Origin: the human T2T-CHM13v2.0 reference genome, Homo sapiens
Direction: 5' to 3' (one strand)
DNA: 64,000 nucleotides
Assembly (NCBI RefSeq): GCF_009914755.1
Contig: NC_060925.1
In this document: piece after piece, positions 15,555-30,755 of the stretch
How positions within the stretch are numbered: position 1 is the first letter of the stretch
Layout of the letters: the number at the start of each line of letters is the position of its first letter
Position numbers and translations under genes: made by a program
The notes under the pieces: model-generated
The model's input: only the letters and a program-made list of their open reading frames with translations
Told to the model about the DNA's origin: nothing
Databases searched by the model: none

Positions 15555-15860
15555 ATAACTCAGGGTTCTTAATTACTTGTGAAAGAAACAGAGTCTGGCT
15601 ATCTTAAGCAGAAAAATAATTTACTGGAAAGTTATTAGGAGCCCATCCAATTGACAGAGTTTGGAAGAGCAGACCTGGAAAACAAAGAGGAGCCAGAGGA
15701 GCCACAGAGGGGCAGGTAGTAGAAGCAGAGCAATGATTGACCGGGAGCAATCTAATCTTGCCCAAGGCCACACAGCAGCAAAGTATCCCTGAGGCCAGCA
15801 ATGCTCTAGGTAATTTCTAAGCACTTCTTACTGGGGGCTCTGTTGTGAACACCTACCATT
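15555..15860 (-). mobile_element. Old MaLR LTR fragment (MLT1-type)
   Basis: tcagggttcttaattacttgtgaaagaaacagagtctggctatcttaagcagaaaaataatttactgg. Confidence 0.5.
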
Positions 15861-15914
15861 TTTTGACTGTCAATACCCTCTTTCCTATTTGAATTGTTTT
15901 TTAACTTGATTATC

Positions 15915-16143
15915 TTTTAATTATTTTCAAAACTTTAGTGCAATACACATAACATAAAATTTACCATCTAAACCATTTTTAAGTGTACAGTATAGTGGCA
16001 TTAAGTACATTCACATTGTTGTGCAACTGTAACCACTATCCATCTCCAGAACTCTTTTCTTCTTGCAAAACCAAAATTCTATAGCCATGAAACAATAACT
16101 CCCCATTTCCTCTTTCCCCAGTCCCCGGTGACCATCCCTACTT
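15915..16143 (-). mobile_element. L1MB-type 3' end
   Basis: cataacataaaatttaccatctaaaccatttttaagtgtacag...ggcattaagtacattcacattgttgtgcaac. Confidence 0.85.
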
Positions 16144-16474
16144 GCACCCTTATCTTTCTTTTGGGGAACTCCCCAAGTTGTGTGGTCCTGGAGGAAATGG
16201 CTGCCTCTCATTCCAGATCTCCCTTTCCTTGCCCAGATTGGCCAGAAGAAGACAGGTGACCGAAGTGCAGTCAATTCGGTGCTCTCTCTCAAGAGTTTGT
16301 GTTTTCAGTAGAGATGCAAAGATGTAGAGTGGGTTGGAGACATAGTCACAGAAACTGCAAGGACATGTGGCTGCCCAACATCACACAGCTTGTTAAGTGG
16401 TAGAGCCAGGGTATCAACCCAGGCAATCTGAAAATGAGAACCAACAAAGCTATTGAATTAGAGAGCCACTTTTC

Positions 16475-16960
16475 AGCCATTTATTGAACAGAAAATGCAG
16501 TGAATTTTTTGCATAATACATCATATGTATAGAAAAACTATATAAATAAATTTCTTGCTCTTAAAGAGTTCTCTTAAGTGGGGACATAGAGTAGCAATTA
16601 CAGTGCAGTTTGATGGTCATTTCTATAAGATTTGATAAGAATATACAAAAAGAAAATTTTAAGTTGGCTTTAAATGTGGGAAAGAATTCTCAGAGAACTT
16701 AGTTATTAAGCCAGATCTTGAAGGTTGGTAATAAGTGTGCCTTCCGGGCAAACCCCAGAGAGTTCAGTATATGCAAAGGCATTAAGGCAAGAGAGGCCTT
16801 ATTGTTCTATGAACTACAAAAGATCTCAGAAATTGCTAAAGCATGAAATGAGAGATAGGACATGGCCAGAAAGCACTCAGGCATGGACTGGCAATGGAGA
16901 AGGGCCTCTCATGTCATACAAGGAAATATTATTTTAGTCTTCCAAGGCTAGGATTATAAA
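16475..16960 (-). mobile_element. L2 fragment (highly degraded)
   Basis: catttattgaac...cttgctcttaaagagttctc...tgcaaaggcattaaggcaagagag. Confidence 0.5.
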
Positions 16961-17919
16961 TAGGGAGCCCTTGGATCCTCTGTGAGTTCATGAGAAATCA
17001 CACTGAAATAATATCAAAATGTTTCTGGTGGACATTTTACTTAACTGTAACTTCTATCATCTTTTCATGGTGGTGGGTAGAATCTGGGGAGTTGGTAGAA
17101 GCTGTAGCTCTTCTGGCTCCTCTGTAAACTTAAAAAATGTACTTTTTCCATTGGTAGTTAACAATGTAATCTTCATGTTAGCAAAACCATCATTGTTAGC
17201 ACTTCCACTGGGTTGCAGGAAGAGAGTGCATGAGGATGAAAGATGGAAAGAGGGGAGTGTGAAACGGAAGGAGATTGTTGGGTTTTTTCCCCTCTAGGAG
17301 TAGCAGTATGCTGATTGTCAATAAAATGAGTTCATCTTGCATGCTAATGCACCAAGTGTCAGGTGAATAAATTATCTCTTATTAGACTTTACCATGAGGT
17401 AAGTACTTTTGTCCCCTTCTTTCTTGGGTAACACCAGTTGTCACAATGCTTATCAACGTAAGGAAACTTGGACCTCATTAACATGGAAGGAAGGGAAAAT
17501 GTGTGAGAGAAATGCTTGCACAGAGAGTGATTAACTGTAAAAAGATCTTTGTTAGAGCACAATTGTTTAAAACTCTGTCTATAATGGTGGGGTGGTAGTA
17601 ATATTTGTCTTTCCTTTCCAGTTTTCTTATAAGATTTAAGGTAGGGAACATTAGAGTATATTTTTTTCCTCTCTACTCCCTGGCACATCGAAACATTCAG
17701 GGCATATAGCAAGTTATTTAAAATGGTATACCCCACTAACCTGAATTAAACTAAATCAATTTAGCAAATCACTTATCAAAGAAGTAGTGAGCATCCTGTT
17801 AATTGCAGGGATAGTAAGACCTCCCTTTCTCAAGAAACTTAAAGTCTAAAGTGAGATGAATCTTTCATAATTGATAATAGTACAAATAAGAATAAAATAT
17901 ACTTCATAGAAAAAGACAA

Positions 17920-20270
<2,351 letters not shown>

Positions 20271-20299
20271 GGTTAAAATGGTTAAAAAACACAGGAGGT

Positions 20300-20910
20300 T
20301 CAAGAGGAGTAGGCCATTTTTTTCTGAGTAGTAGCATAGAGAAATCTTAGCCAAGGAGGTAGTATTTGACCTGAACCTTGAAGGATGAGGACAATTACCT
20401 TAGAAGAATAAAGTGGGAAGGGAGAAAGGCAGTAAGGCCTAGAAAAATGCCTGGAGAGGTACAAGTACATGTCAAAGATGTGGGGAATAGAATATAAACC
20501 AGTATAGATAGAGCCAAAAAACATCACTGTATGAGGAATAGAAAGTTATTGAAGGGAGGTGGAACTGGAATAAGACTCAACTAAAATCATAAGCAACCTC
20601 CATGCCTTGATAACAAGCATAACTGAATGACTGAATTAATTAATTTATGCTACAGTTAATGATGCAACATTAAAATCTTTGTTCAAATACATTTTTAGAA
20701 AGATTATTCTGATGGCATTAAGAGGGTATGGCTAACCCAGGAAGCACAATTGAAGGTATAAAGAACCTTACATTATTCCAGGTAATAGATAATGAGAGAC
20801 TGAACTAAAGTAATGACAACAGGAATGCAGACGTGGGGACAGAAGAAGAGATAACTGGGGGTGAAGGAACTAACAGTATAAAGAGATTCCTCAAAATTGG
20901 TGCCTGGGTA
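20300..20910 (-). mobile_element. L2 fragment
   Basis: ggaggtagtatttgacctgaaccttgaaggatgag...ttttagaaagattattctgatggc...ccaggtaatagataatgag. Confidence 0.6.
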
Positions 20911-21029
20911 TTTAAATATAAGAAATAATTATTGCCAATTAAATTATTATTTTTCTTAATCTATCATTTATGGACATGTATATAAGCATATTTTTTATTA
21001 AAAATACATCCTGTGTCCAATCAACTACC

Positions 21030-21545
21030 CAAATATTAGATTACTGCTAAATAACAAACCAGCTCCAATACTTAATTGCCTAAAACTACAACCATTTTAT
21101 CATATCTCATTATTCTGTGGGTTGACTGAACTCAGTTCAGCTAGACAGCTCTAATCACAAGATGTCGGCTTGAGCTGTAGTTATCTGGGTCTTGACTGGG
21201 CTGCAACATCCAAGATGGGTCACTCATGTCTGGTACTGCTGCTGGCTGTGAGCTGGGAGCTCAGCTGGAGATGTTGAAGGCAGCACCTCATTTTCTTTCA
21301 CATGGCTTCCCCATGTTGTTTGAGCTACCACAAGAAAGGAAGTAGAATATGCTAGACCTCTTAAGTCCTGGGCTTGGACTTCCTTGGTTACCACTCTAAA
21401 TACCTTCTCTTTGGCATGGCCAGTTTCAAGCATAGTCAAGATTCAAGGAGAAGGTAAATAAGTACCACCTCTTGATGTGAAGAGCAGCACACACACACAT
21501 AAGGAGGGAAAGATTGTTTGGGGCCATCTTTGGGGACAGAGATTG
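21030..21545 (-). mobile_element. MLT1H-like MaLR solo LTR
   Basis: aacaaaccagctccaa...ttctgtgggttgactg...catccaagatgggtcactcatg...gctgggagctcagctgg...ggccatctttgg. Confidence 0.75.
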
Positions 21546-21649
21546 GTTCTCAAATGATTCAAATTGAAGAAACTGGCTTGAAAATATTCTCCCTTTCTAA
21601 TGACTAGGGATCCAAAGTCCACATCAAAATATAATTGGTCATTATCCAC

Positions 21650-22900
21650 TTATATTCTTGGGCAATCTCCTCTAGTCCCATGTATCCACTATTTCCAATG
21701 CTCTGGTCATTGCTGAAATAGTATTTTCTCCTGAGATCTAGACTCTTATACACAATGGCTCTTTCAACTGGATCTTCCACAGACAGATCAAACTCTTCAA
21801 TATGCCTAAACCAAAGTTATCCTCCTCCTCCTCTTCCATTCTGAACAACCCACCCCTGAAAGAATCCACTATGTTTTCCTCCTGGGTTTTTTGCCTTCAT
21901 GCATGGTGCTTCTGTTCACCCTTCTGTCTGAGTCAGTGCTTCTCAAACTTTAATGTGCAAAGCGATCACCTAAGAATCCACTTAAAGTGCAAATTCTGAT
22001 TTGGTACTTCTGGAGTGAGGCCCGGGATTCTACATTTTAACAGGTTTCCAGATCATGTCAATGCTGCTTGTCCATGAGGTGTAAATGTCAAAGTCACAGA
22101 ATTTGAGTTTATGTAAAACATTGTTGCATCTCCCTTTTCTTTCAAACACCATCAGTCACCAAATCTTGTCAATTATTCCTTCTAAATTTATCTCAAATCT
22201 ATTCCTTCCTGACTTCTCTAATCTCTTTTATCTAGTCTGGTCTGAGCAATTGCAGCGAGCTCCTCACTTAGCTATCTGGCCCCATCTCATCTATAATGTA
22301 TCCTATAGAGTGTTTTCAAGACTATCTTTCTCATGCGAAAATATGATTATGCTACTAATTGTCTCTGCTTCACATTTTCCCATGCATCCTGCAGAGTAAG
22401 AAATAAACTCATCTGAATATCGTGCCCCTACTTTTGTGCTCAGCCTTGTGCCCTGCCACTCCTGCAACACTTCACTTTAACTTCCCCTTTCCCCCACCCC
22501 CAGCACATGTGCACACAACACACACACAGTCTGTGCCACAGAACACAGAGTGATCTTTCCTAATATCCTGGCCTTGCTACATGCTATTTCCCTACCTATA
22601 ACGCAACTCATCCTTTAAATATCAATTAAAATATTCTCTACTTCAGGATGTCTTCTCTGACCCCCAGGGATAAGTTAAGAACTCTTTCTCCTAAATGCTC
22701 ATTGCACTTTGTAAGTACCATCACTAAAAGCAATCTTTCTTGGTTGTTGTTTGTTTCCATGTTTCTTTTCCCACTAAGCCATATGACCTTTGAGAGCAAA
22801 CCACAACTTCCCAACTTTGTATTCCTGATGACTAGCCCCAACTCAAAAATGATTATGATTGTACATAGTAATAAGTAAATTAAATAAGTGAATAAACATA
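21650..22900 (+). mobile_element. L2 fragment (interrupted by MER5)
   Basis: ctcctgagatctagactc, caatatgcctaaaccaaag, atcagtcaccaaatcttgtc, tgctatttccct, 3' end gtacatagtaataagtaaat. Confidence 0.65.
21934..22080. mobile_element. MER5-family DNA transposon
   Basis: cagtgcttctcaaactttaatgtgca...tgcaaattctgatt...cattttaacagg. Confidence 0.75.
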
Positions 22901-24018
22901 CATCAACATTTGATAATATCAGTAAAGTTGGATTTTAGTCCAACACAAAAAGGAATTTTATTGCAACTAAATCTTTTGTGTTCTTTGTGCAGTAATGTGC
23001 TTCCCTGCCAAGGGAAAAATAGGCAGTCATCATATAAAAGGAAATTCTAATTTGAATGTATATTTTAACTATATAACTTTTCAACTTCCTTCCAATTATG
23101 AGATTATATGATGTAAGATGAATTTGAGAAGGATGTTCATTTTTGAATGATTTCTAGACCATGTAATAATTTCCTTCTAAACTATTATAGGAAGGACTAG
23201 AGGAAATTCCAGATTTGTGACACATAGAGAGATAGCAGTTCTATCTCCCGTATTTTCAACTGTATGTTATTTAAAGTTCCTTGAAACAAATTTCAATTAT
23301 CAACATTTCCCTGACATATCTTCCACTAAAACAAAAGTTTTCCAGCTCAGCAGAAAGACCCACATTCCTGTAGTTTCAGGAGGCAGGGTGATGTGGACTT
23401 GATTTTTACTTTTCTCATCAATTCTATTCTGTAAGTTTTGTAAGAATCTTTACTCTTCAAAACAGCTAAGAAGTTGTTGCCAGAAGGAAAAACAGAATTT
23501 ATGAAATCACAGTCTCAAAGAACAGAAGATACTCTCAAGAGACACTTTTAATTTGGGTTATGACATTAAATCTATTATAATGACCACTTTTAGGCTCTTC
23601 TTCATAGGAAAAACTGCAGATTTCCTTCCAATTTGATATTTGAATAATTATTCATCAGTCATTAGGTTTAAAAACATCATGGCTAACTGAACTCTCTCAA
23701 TTTATTTATTCAACAATTATACCAAAAAATTAAGTACTTAAAAATTTTACTTATTGTTTGATGTACATCATGAGGATATACAAACAAGACACAAGTCTTG
23801 CCAAGAAGAGATCAAAGCCAGTTTGTTAAATGGCAACTCAGGGACAACTACAAAGTCTTCTTATACTAGTTCACTAAGAGACTAAATCAATGAAAGGCTC
23901 TTTCACCACATTAATTTTTTTTTATTTTACTTTTGTCCTTGATCATTTAGATGATTGAATGTGCTTTCCCTTTATTGTGTGTCTGTGTGTATGTTATTTT
24001 AACCTCTGTCTAGTAGTG

Positions 24019-24382
24019 TGTATTAGTCAGTTCCCATGCTGCTAATAAAGACATACCTCAGACAGGGTAATTTATAAAGAAAAAGAGGTTTAATGGACTC
24101 ACAGTTCCATGTGGCTGGGGAGGCCTCACAATCATAGCAGAAGGTGAAGGAGAAGCAAGACACATCTTACATGGCAGCAGGCAAGAGCGCATGTGCAGAG
24201 GAACTCCCGTTTATAAAACCATCATATCTAGTGAGACTTATTCACTATTACAAAAACAGTATGGGCAAAACCCGCCCCCACAATTCAATTACCTCCCACC
24301 AGGTCCCTCCCATGACACCTGGGGATTATGGGAGCTACAATTCAAGATGAGATTTGGGTGGGGACACAGCCAAATCATATCA
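24019..24382 (-). mobile_element. THE1B/C solo LTR (MaLR)
   Basis: tgtattagtc...gctgctaataaagacatac...gagatttgggtggggacacagccaaatcatatca; TG..CA ends; 5-bp TSD tagtg/tggtg. Confidence 0.95.
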
Positions 24383-24663
24383 TGGTGTATAACTGCCCTC
24401 CCTATACCTTCATCTCCGGATTAGCCACAGAGATCTTTTGACAATTACTTTAAATGGAGTCTAGGAGAGTTTACCACAGACATGTTTTCTCCAGGGCAAA
24501 TGCTAGACCAGGGGCAAACCAAACATACTGCAATAATTTGGTGAGTTAATTTTTGGTGAGTTTTGGAAAATTGAATTTTAAGAAGTTAACATTATAGCTA
24601 TCATCAAGGATCTCACCATTTAGTCAAAAGAAACAAAGGAATAAACCAATAAGAACAACAGAA

Positions 24664-25500
24664 GCATGTTCCTCAAAGTGCCATCCCTGCATCATTATTC
24701 ACAATAGCCAAGATATGGAAATTAAGTGTCTGTGTCTGTGAACAGATGAATGGATAAAGAAAATGCAACAGACAGACACACACGTACACACACACACACA
24801 CACACACACAGAGAGAGAGAAATATTATTCAGCCTTAAAAATGAAATAAATTCCTACCATTTGTGAAAACATGGCTGAATCTGGAGGACATTATACTAAG
24901 TGAAATAAGCCAAACACAGGACTATAAACACTGCATGATCTTACTTATATGTGGAATCTAAGAAATTTGAACTTAGAGAGTAGAAGTGTGATTACCTAGG
25001 GTCACAGGGTGGGGAAACAGGAGAGATATTGGTGAAAGGATACAAACTTTACATATATAACATGGTGACTATAGTTAATAACATTGTCTTGTACCCTTGC
25101 AATTTGCTAAGAAAGTGGATCTTAAGTGTTCTCACCACACATATACATACACAAATGTAACTGTGAAGTAATAGATGTATTAATTAGCTTGATTATGATG
25201 ATCATTTCACAATGTGTATTTACATCAAAGCCTCACTTTGTACACCTTAAATATATGCAACTTTTATTTGTCAATCATACTTTAATAAAGCTGAACAAAA
25301 TAAAAATAATTTTAGATTTTTTAATTTAAAAAAAGTGTGGTCCCCTAACTAACAGTATTAGCATTCTTGGGCAGAGTGCAAATTCTAAAGGCCCACCTCA
25401 GATCTATTGAATCAGCAACTCTGAAAACAGGGTCCAACAATCTCTGGTTTAACAAATGTCCTCCAAGTTATTCTGATAATAGCCATGTTTGAGAACCCTT
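24664..25500. mobile_element. MER5A split by L1MA (24664-24680 and 25333-25500)
   Basis: ttcctcaaagtg | aaagtgtggtcccc...gaatcagcaactctg...gtttgagaacc; aaagtg is duplicated at the L1 junctions. Confidence 0.75.
24680..25332 (+). mobile_element. L1MA8/L1MA9-like 3' end containing a (CA)n(GA)n microsatellite at about 24775-24820
   Basis: ttattcacaatagccaagatatggaa...ctggaggacatt...gtgactatagttaataac...cttaagtgttctcaccac...gtacaccttaaatat. Confidence 0.88.
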
Positions 25501-25909
25501 GTGATAAGGTTTGAGAAATGTTTTGGTAGAGGGACATTTCAGAGCACTGTATGGAGCCCAGGAGGGGCAATTAACCCAGCACTGAGAACTCAAGGCAGGC
25601 TTCACAGGAAAGGTTAGCACCTGACAATTTTTATCATTGAATTCACCTTCTTCTAGTCCCTTAAATTCTGCCAGGTTTGCTAGCAATAATACTATGTGAT
25701 TTGAGTTTCTTCATAAGTTGCTTCTCTTGACTACTTTCTGGTGGCTTTAAGAATAATTCGAAACACAGGAAACATGAATTTAGTAGCAAAAAAAAAAAAA
25801 AAAAAAGAGAAAAATGGAGCTGATGTAGACCGTATTGGAATAACCAATGTTTCTTTAATGCCACAAATGCAAAAAGCTTAGGCTTTGGGACCAATTAACC
25901 CTGAGTTAA

Positions 25910-26101
25910 ACTTGTCAGATATGGAAAATAAAAACATAACATGTACATGTCCAGTTACATCTAGATGTCAGAAAAAAATGAATAGTTTTTAGTATAAATA
26001 TGTGCCATGCAATAATTTGGATTTACTTATACTAAAAAATTATTCTTTTTTTTTACCTGAAATTCAAAACTGGGTGTTTTATATTTTATCTGGTAACCCT
26101 A
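25910..26101. mobile_element. MER53 palindromic DNA element
   Basis: ttgtcagat...ttttagtataaatatgtgccatgcaataatttggatttacttatactaaaaaattattc...ttatctggtaacccta (internal inverted repeat). Confidence 0.8.
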
Positions 26102-26151
26102 TCCTGGATTCAAGTCAGGAACCACTATTCATGTTTTACTTTAAATTGGAA

Positions 26152-26375
26152 TTAATAACAATAACAGAAGATATTTATTAAGCACTTCCTGTTTACCAGG
26201 TATTATCAAAAGCATATGATAGCATTATCTTGTTAAATCCTCACAATACACTTATCAATTAGGTATTATTATTAGTCTCCTTAAACACATAAGGAAACTG
26301 GGGCTTAGTGGTTGGGTAATCAAAGCTAGTAGAAGGTAGAGCCAGAATTTAAATACATATCAAATTCCAAAGCAG
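26152..26375 (-). mobile_element. MIR
   Basis: atttattaagcactt...taaatcctcacaatac...aggaaactgggg. Confidence 0.75.
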
Positions 26376-27364
26376 GGACAAACCAAAGATACTGATAACA
26401 AATCTGACCGCAGAATCAAAGCTTTTTTAATGACTGCATTTTATGGCCTCTCTTATACTTCAATTTGTTTAAACCTTGTGAATCCTGGTTTCTTTTCAGT
26501 TTTTGTGAAGATTAACTGAGATTATGTACTGACCTAACCCAGTTTGTGACCACTCGTAAACACATAAAAATGTATACTTATTAATAATAATATTTATACT
26601 CATAATCAAGAAAACTGACCTAAAAACATACTTCACTTCAGAACAATACTTCCACTCTAAGTAATGAGTTTTAGGAAACAAGAGCTCTGGTTTATCTGGG
26701 ATTACAGACTTATGTTTTGGCCTGAGGTCATTAAGGATGGAGTTAAAGTTAAATAATGTGTATCTTGTCAGGGAGTTGACTTTCTGGTCTCTATGACAGA
26801 AGAAAGCAGTATGCCTCCACAGATGCCACAGTCAATGGACAAAAAGTGATACCATGGAGTATTATTTTGACTCCTAAGTGACTCTGAGATCCCAACGGCC
26901 ATAGCTACTCTCCATGGAAAAGGTGAGAGCTATGAATGACTGTATGGACAAGGAGTGGCATGACCAAAGGGTCTACCTACAGAAAGAATGAGAGGAGATA
27001 ATAGGTGTGGTGTCAAAAGCAGGAGGCTTCGAGTGTCCTGCTTCATTAGTTGTGTAGAGGATTAAAAGAAAGGATGTACATAAAATGGTTCACATGGTGC
27101 TCGTGTACACTACATGCTCAACGAATAGTGTGTATTTTAATTATTATTAAGATTATTATTACTGAAATAAAGAAAACATTCTGTCTGCAAAATGAACTTC
27201 TTTTTAAAACAAGAATCATGAGCTCTTCCAAGTCACAATAGTCTCAAGTGAGACTGAAATAATAGGTCTATTTATGATGTAGTATTTGCCATTCTAAAAC
27301 AAAAAGAAAAATAAGAACTCTTGTTCCCACTTTTCTATTAGCTGCTATTAAGAACTTTGAATGG

Positions 27365-27915
27365 TCTAAGATTTTACTTCACTTGCAAACTATTAAGTTA
27401 GCCTGCCACAATTTCATGGATGCTGGTAGAAGACATGAGACAAAGAACAGTTTGTTACTCAAGCGATATCAGTAGCCAGAGTACCAGCAATTTTTCCGTG
27501 GGTTCCTCGAGCCTCCGTTCCCACAATGTGACAAGAGGGCCAAAAGTCACCTGTACATGTGGTGGATTGTGTGACAGGAGAGGAAAACGTAGCTGAGAGA
27601 ACCCAAATATTTTTAAATGGGTGTTAAATGTACTTGCCCTTTCTCCAGGGGAGCAGGAAGCATTTCCTTTATTATACTGGACAGTGAGCACCTCTGCCCT
27701 TTACTCCAGAGGAAGATGCTATTTCTATCCTCCAAAGCTGTGATCAGAACTGTACTTTGCTCTGGAAATAATACAAACTTTATTTTCTAAAAATTTTCTC
27801 TAAACAAACATCCTTGAAAATATAGTCCAGAACAAAAAGCACCCAAATAAGCCATAAAACTAGGGTGATGCTCCATGTTTTGCCAAGAAGAGACGCAGCA
27901 TGATTTCAGGTGGCT
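27365..27915 (-). mobile_element. ERVL-type solo LTR (LTR47/LTR53-like; family uncertain)
   Basis: tgcaaactattaagttagcctgccacaatttcatggatgctggtagaagacatgagac resembles recalled ERVL LTR termini. Confidence 0.5.
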
Positions 27916-28139
27916 CTTATTATGAGATAATTTACTGCCTGCATGCAATCTTTTAGGATAAAATAATGCAATGAAGGACGCTTTATAAATTGCAGTCTTG
28001 TGTCCTCCCTGACTCTTCCTAAAACAAATGTATGTGAAAGAAATATACTCCTTGGGAATATATAAGATAATTTTTAATAAAAGCCAACAAAACTTACTTG
28101 ACCTAGATAGCCAAATTCTATTATGAGCTCTCAATAACA

Positions 28140-28360
28140 TTTTGTATCTTACCCTTGTAGTTTTAATCACAATTGTAATTAATTAGGCATGTATTTAATT
28201 TATTATTCAATTTCTATCAGTTCTCCTAGATTGTAAGCTTTCTGTTTCTGAGCGGTCTGTGTTTCTTTCTTTTTAAGCTCCATTTTTGAGTTGCCTAGCA
28301 TAGCATCTGCTATATGGTAAATATGCAGTAAATACACGCAAAAAATTATGTTGACTGAAT
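28140..28360 (+). mobile_element. L2 3' end
   Basis: ctagattgtaagctt...gcctagcatagcatctgctatatggtaa...ttgactgaat. Confidence 0.65.
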
Positions 28361-28454
28361 TTCACTTCACATATAAATGAAGTATGAAAATTTGACTTCA
28401 CCAGGGTTTCCAGAAATCTGATCTGAATTTCATAGAAGACTGTCCTGGGAGGGG

Positions 28455-28610
28455 TAATGACCTAAGAGATTATCTCGGATCCACTTTATTTCAAAAATGA
28501 GGAATCCGAAGGCCAGAGACAGCAAATGAATTAGCCAAACTCACTCAGCCAGTAATGAAGGACCTAGGCCAGAATTCAAGTTTTCTATCTCTTGGCCTAA
28601 TGCTCTTTCA
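28455..28610 (-). mobile_element. MIR/MIR3 fragment
   Basis: atttcaaaaatgaggaatccgaaggccagagacagcaaatgaattagccaa. Confidence 0.65.
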
Positions 28611-28741
28611 CCTGTCATTTCTTCACCTGTCCCTTCAACCTCTTGTGACAAAGTTTTAAAGCACACAAACATCTCCACAGTTAAGATCCTAGAAAGCCAT
28701 TTCTGTTTCTAATACGAAAGAATGTGTGATATTCTACTTAC

Positions 28742-28825
28742 CTTGCAGGCTCCCAACATCCCTGTGATCAATTGCTCCTCCAGAAGCCAACTGTGACAAA
28801 GATGTTGCTTTGAAAGAAAGGTGCT
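28742..28825 (-). other. Candidate 84-nt internal exon (unvalidated)
   Basis: Minus strand: tttatttatttattacatttctag|AGCACC...CTGCAAG|gtaagt. Lies in unique sequence; length is a multiple of 3; phases 0 and 1 are open. Confidence 0.4.
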
Positions 28826-29629
28826 CTAGAAATGTAATAAATAAATAAATGCATGGACTAGGCAGAACAGCATAGGCTCTGGATTAAATAGAAGCAAACA
28901 TTTGGTTTTTAAATTTGAAATGAATGTGGACTAGTCTCAGTCTTCTACCTTGGGAAGAGCCATGAAGATTTATTTTTGTGAACCTATCACAATTCTCATT
29001 CTCATGCAGCTATTGCTATCGAAATACCTGAGGTGAGATTGTTTTATGGCCTAACAAGAGCAAATATAGGTCTCTCTTGCCTTACTGGCTAAGTGGTTTC
29101 ACACTCACTTCTGAGCAATGAATCTCAGTTTTCTAGTGAATTTCATGAAAAGATTTTTAGAGCTATAATGCTGCAGAGCAAAAATTTCCACCATAGGCTG
29201 AATGGAAAACTTAGAAAGAGGCCAGCCATCGATTTTCTGAGGGATACTGGATGGACATTACTCTTGAAATATGTTTCAGCATCTAGTATTCCAGTCCATA
29301 ATTTCTCACAGTGATATTGCTTTCCTGTATTGAATGTGACTTAAGTCTGCATTCTTATATTCCCAATTTAACTCAACTCCTTCTTTGGAATTAGGATTTT
29401 AATATGTAATAGTATTATACTGTATTATAACATTTTGCTAGCAAGTTCTATCATTAATCCATATTTTACCCCTTCCTAGCCATTTAAGTCTAAGAGTTTG
29501 ATTCCTAGAATGATAGTACTCTGTTGGTCCTTTTTAACAAATGTTTTCTTTATCTGCAGAAAAGAGAACTGTCTCACTCTTGTATGTCATAACTTTTAGA
29601 GTATTTAGAAGCCATTATAAAATCAGCCT

Positions 29630-29805
29630 TGGTTTGTGGATTGTACCAATGTCAATTTCCTGGTTTTGAGGGTGGTTCTTTGGTTATCTAAGACGTTACC
29701 GCAGGGAGACTAGGCAAAGGGTGCAGCGGGACCTATCTGTTCTAGCTTTAAATCTTTGAAACTTTCTGTGACCCTCGAATTATTTTGAAATGAACAGTGA
29801 AAGTA
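29630..29805 (+). mobile_element. L1MC/L1MD-type extreme 3' end
   Basis: ttgtaccaatgtcaatttcctggttttga...gcaaagggtgcagcgggacctatctg...aattattttgaaatgaa. Confidence 0.65.
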
Positions 29806-29984
29806 AAGAAGAGATCTGGAATTAGAGGAGTAGAAGCAGGAGACAAACATTTGAGTGACAAACCTGACTCTTGTCCATTGGATACACAACCTCTGTTTTG
29901 TATGTTTGTTAAACTATAAAATGGAGAATGCATCTGGCAGTAGTAACAATTAAATGAGATTAAGTGTAATGGCTTGTTCATGGA

Positions 29985-30242
29985 GAGGCAATATGGCATT
30001 ATAATTAAGATCCTATAATGCCAGACTGCCTGCATTTAAATCCAGTTCATGCAATTTCTATGTGTGTCTTTGGCCCAGGAATTTGATCTTGCCTCAGTAG
30101 CTTAACCTGAAAATTAGGATGAGATGATAATAACATCACTTATTTTATAAAGTATTTGTGATAATTAAGTTGGTTAATATATTTAAGGCACTTAGAACAG
30201 TGCCTGGTACTTAGCAATACCGCATGAGTGTTGGCTATATTG
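29985..30242 (+). mobile_element. MIR (apparently nested in another MIR spanning about 29820-30285)
   Basis: gccagactgcctgcatttaaatccag...cacttagaacagtgcctggtacttag. Confidence 0.8.
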
Positions 30243-30546
30243 TTAAGAAATCACTTGGCACATAGCTTAATAAATGTTAGTCTTTTTGTTTTTCTTTTCT
30301 AATTCTGAGTTAAAGCCTGTAGGCAGCCATCAGAGTAGTATGAGTAAAAGAATTGTGATATGCTGACACAATGTATACTATGAAGTAATGAATGAACAAT
30401 TTCCACTACATGTAAAATTTTGGATGAATCTCACAAACATAATAGCAAGTGAAAGAAGTCATCCACCCAGGAGTTGCTTGATGTATGATTGCAATTCCAT
30501 AAAGTAATAAATAGGTGAAATAAGACTTTTGCTTCTGACCATGTTG

Positions 30547-30755
30547 CTGTAACTGGTGCTGAACCAGCCCTGCCACAAAAATAATGAACACTTGCAAAAA
30601 ATACAGAACAACTGTTTTCACATATCGGGCAGACTATTGCCTAGACTTTGCCTGTAACTGGTGCTGAACCAGCCCTGCCACAAAAATAATGAACACTTGC
30701 AAAAAATACAGAACAACTGTTTTCACATATTGGGCAGACTATTGCCTAGACTTTG
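30547..30755. repeat. Tandem duplication, 105-bp period, two copies
   Basis: 30547-30650 and 30652-30755 are identical except one C/T at a CpG. Confidence 0.98.

Noticed and set aside
17298-17398. Plus-strand exon-like segment (ttttttcccctctag|...GAG|gtaagt)
   Set aside because: Opposite strand to the inferred transcription unit. It shows that such signals arise by chance, though it cannot be excluded.
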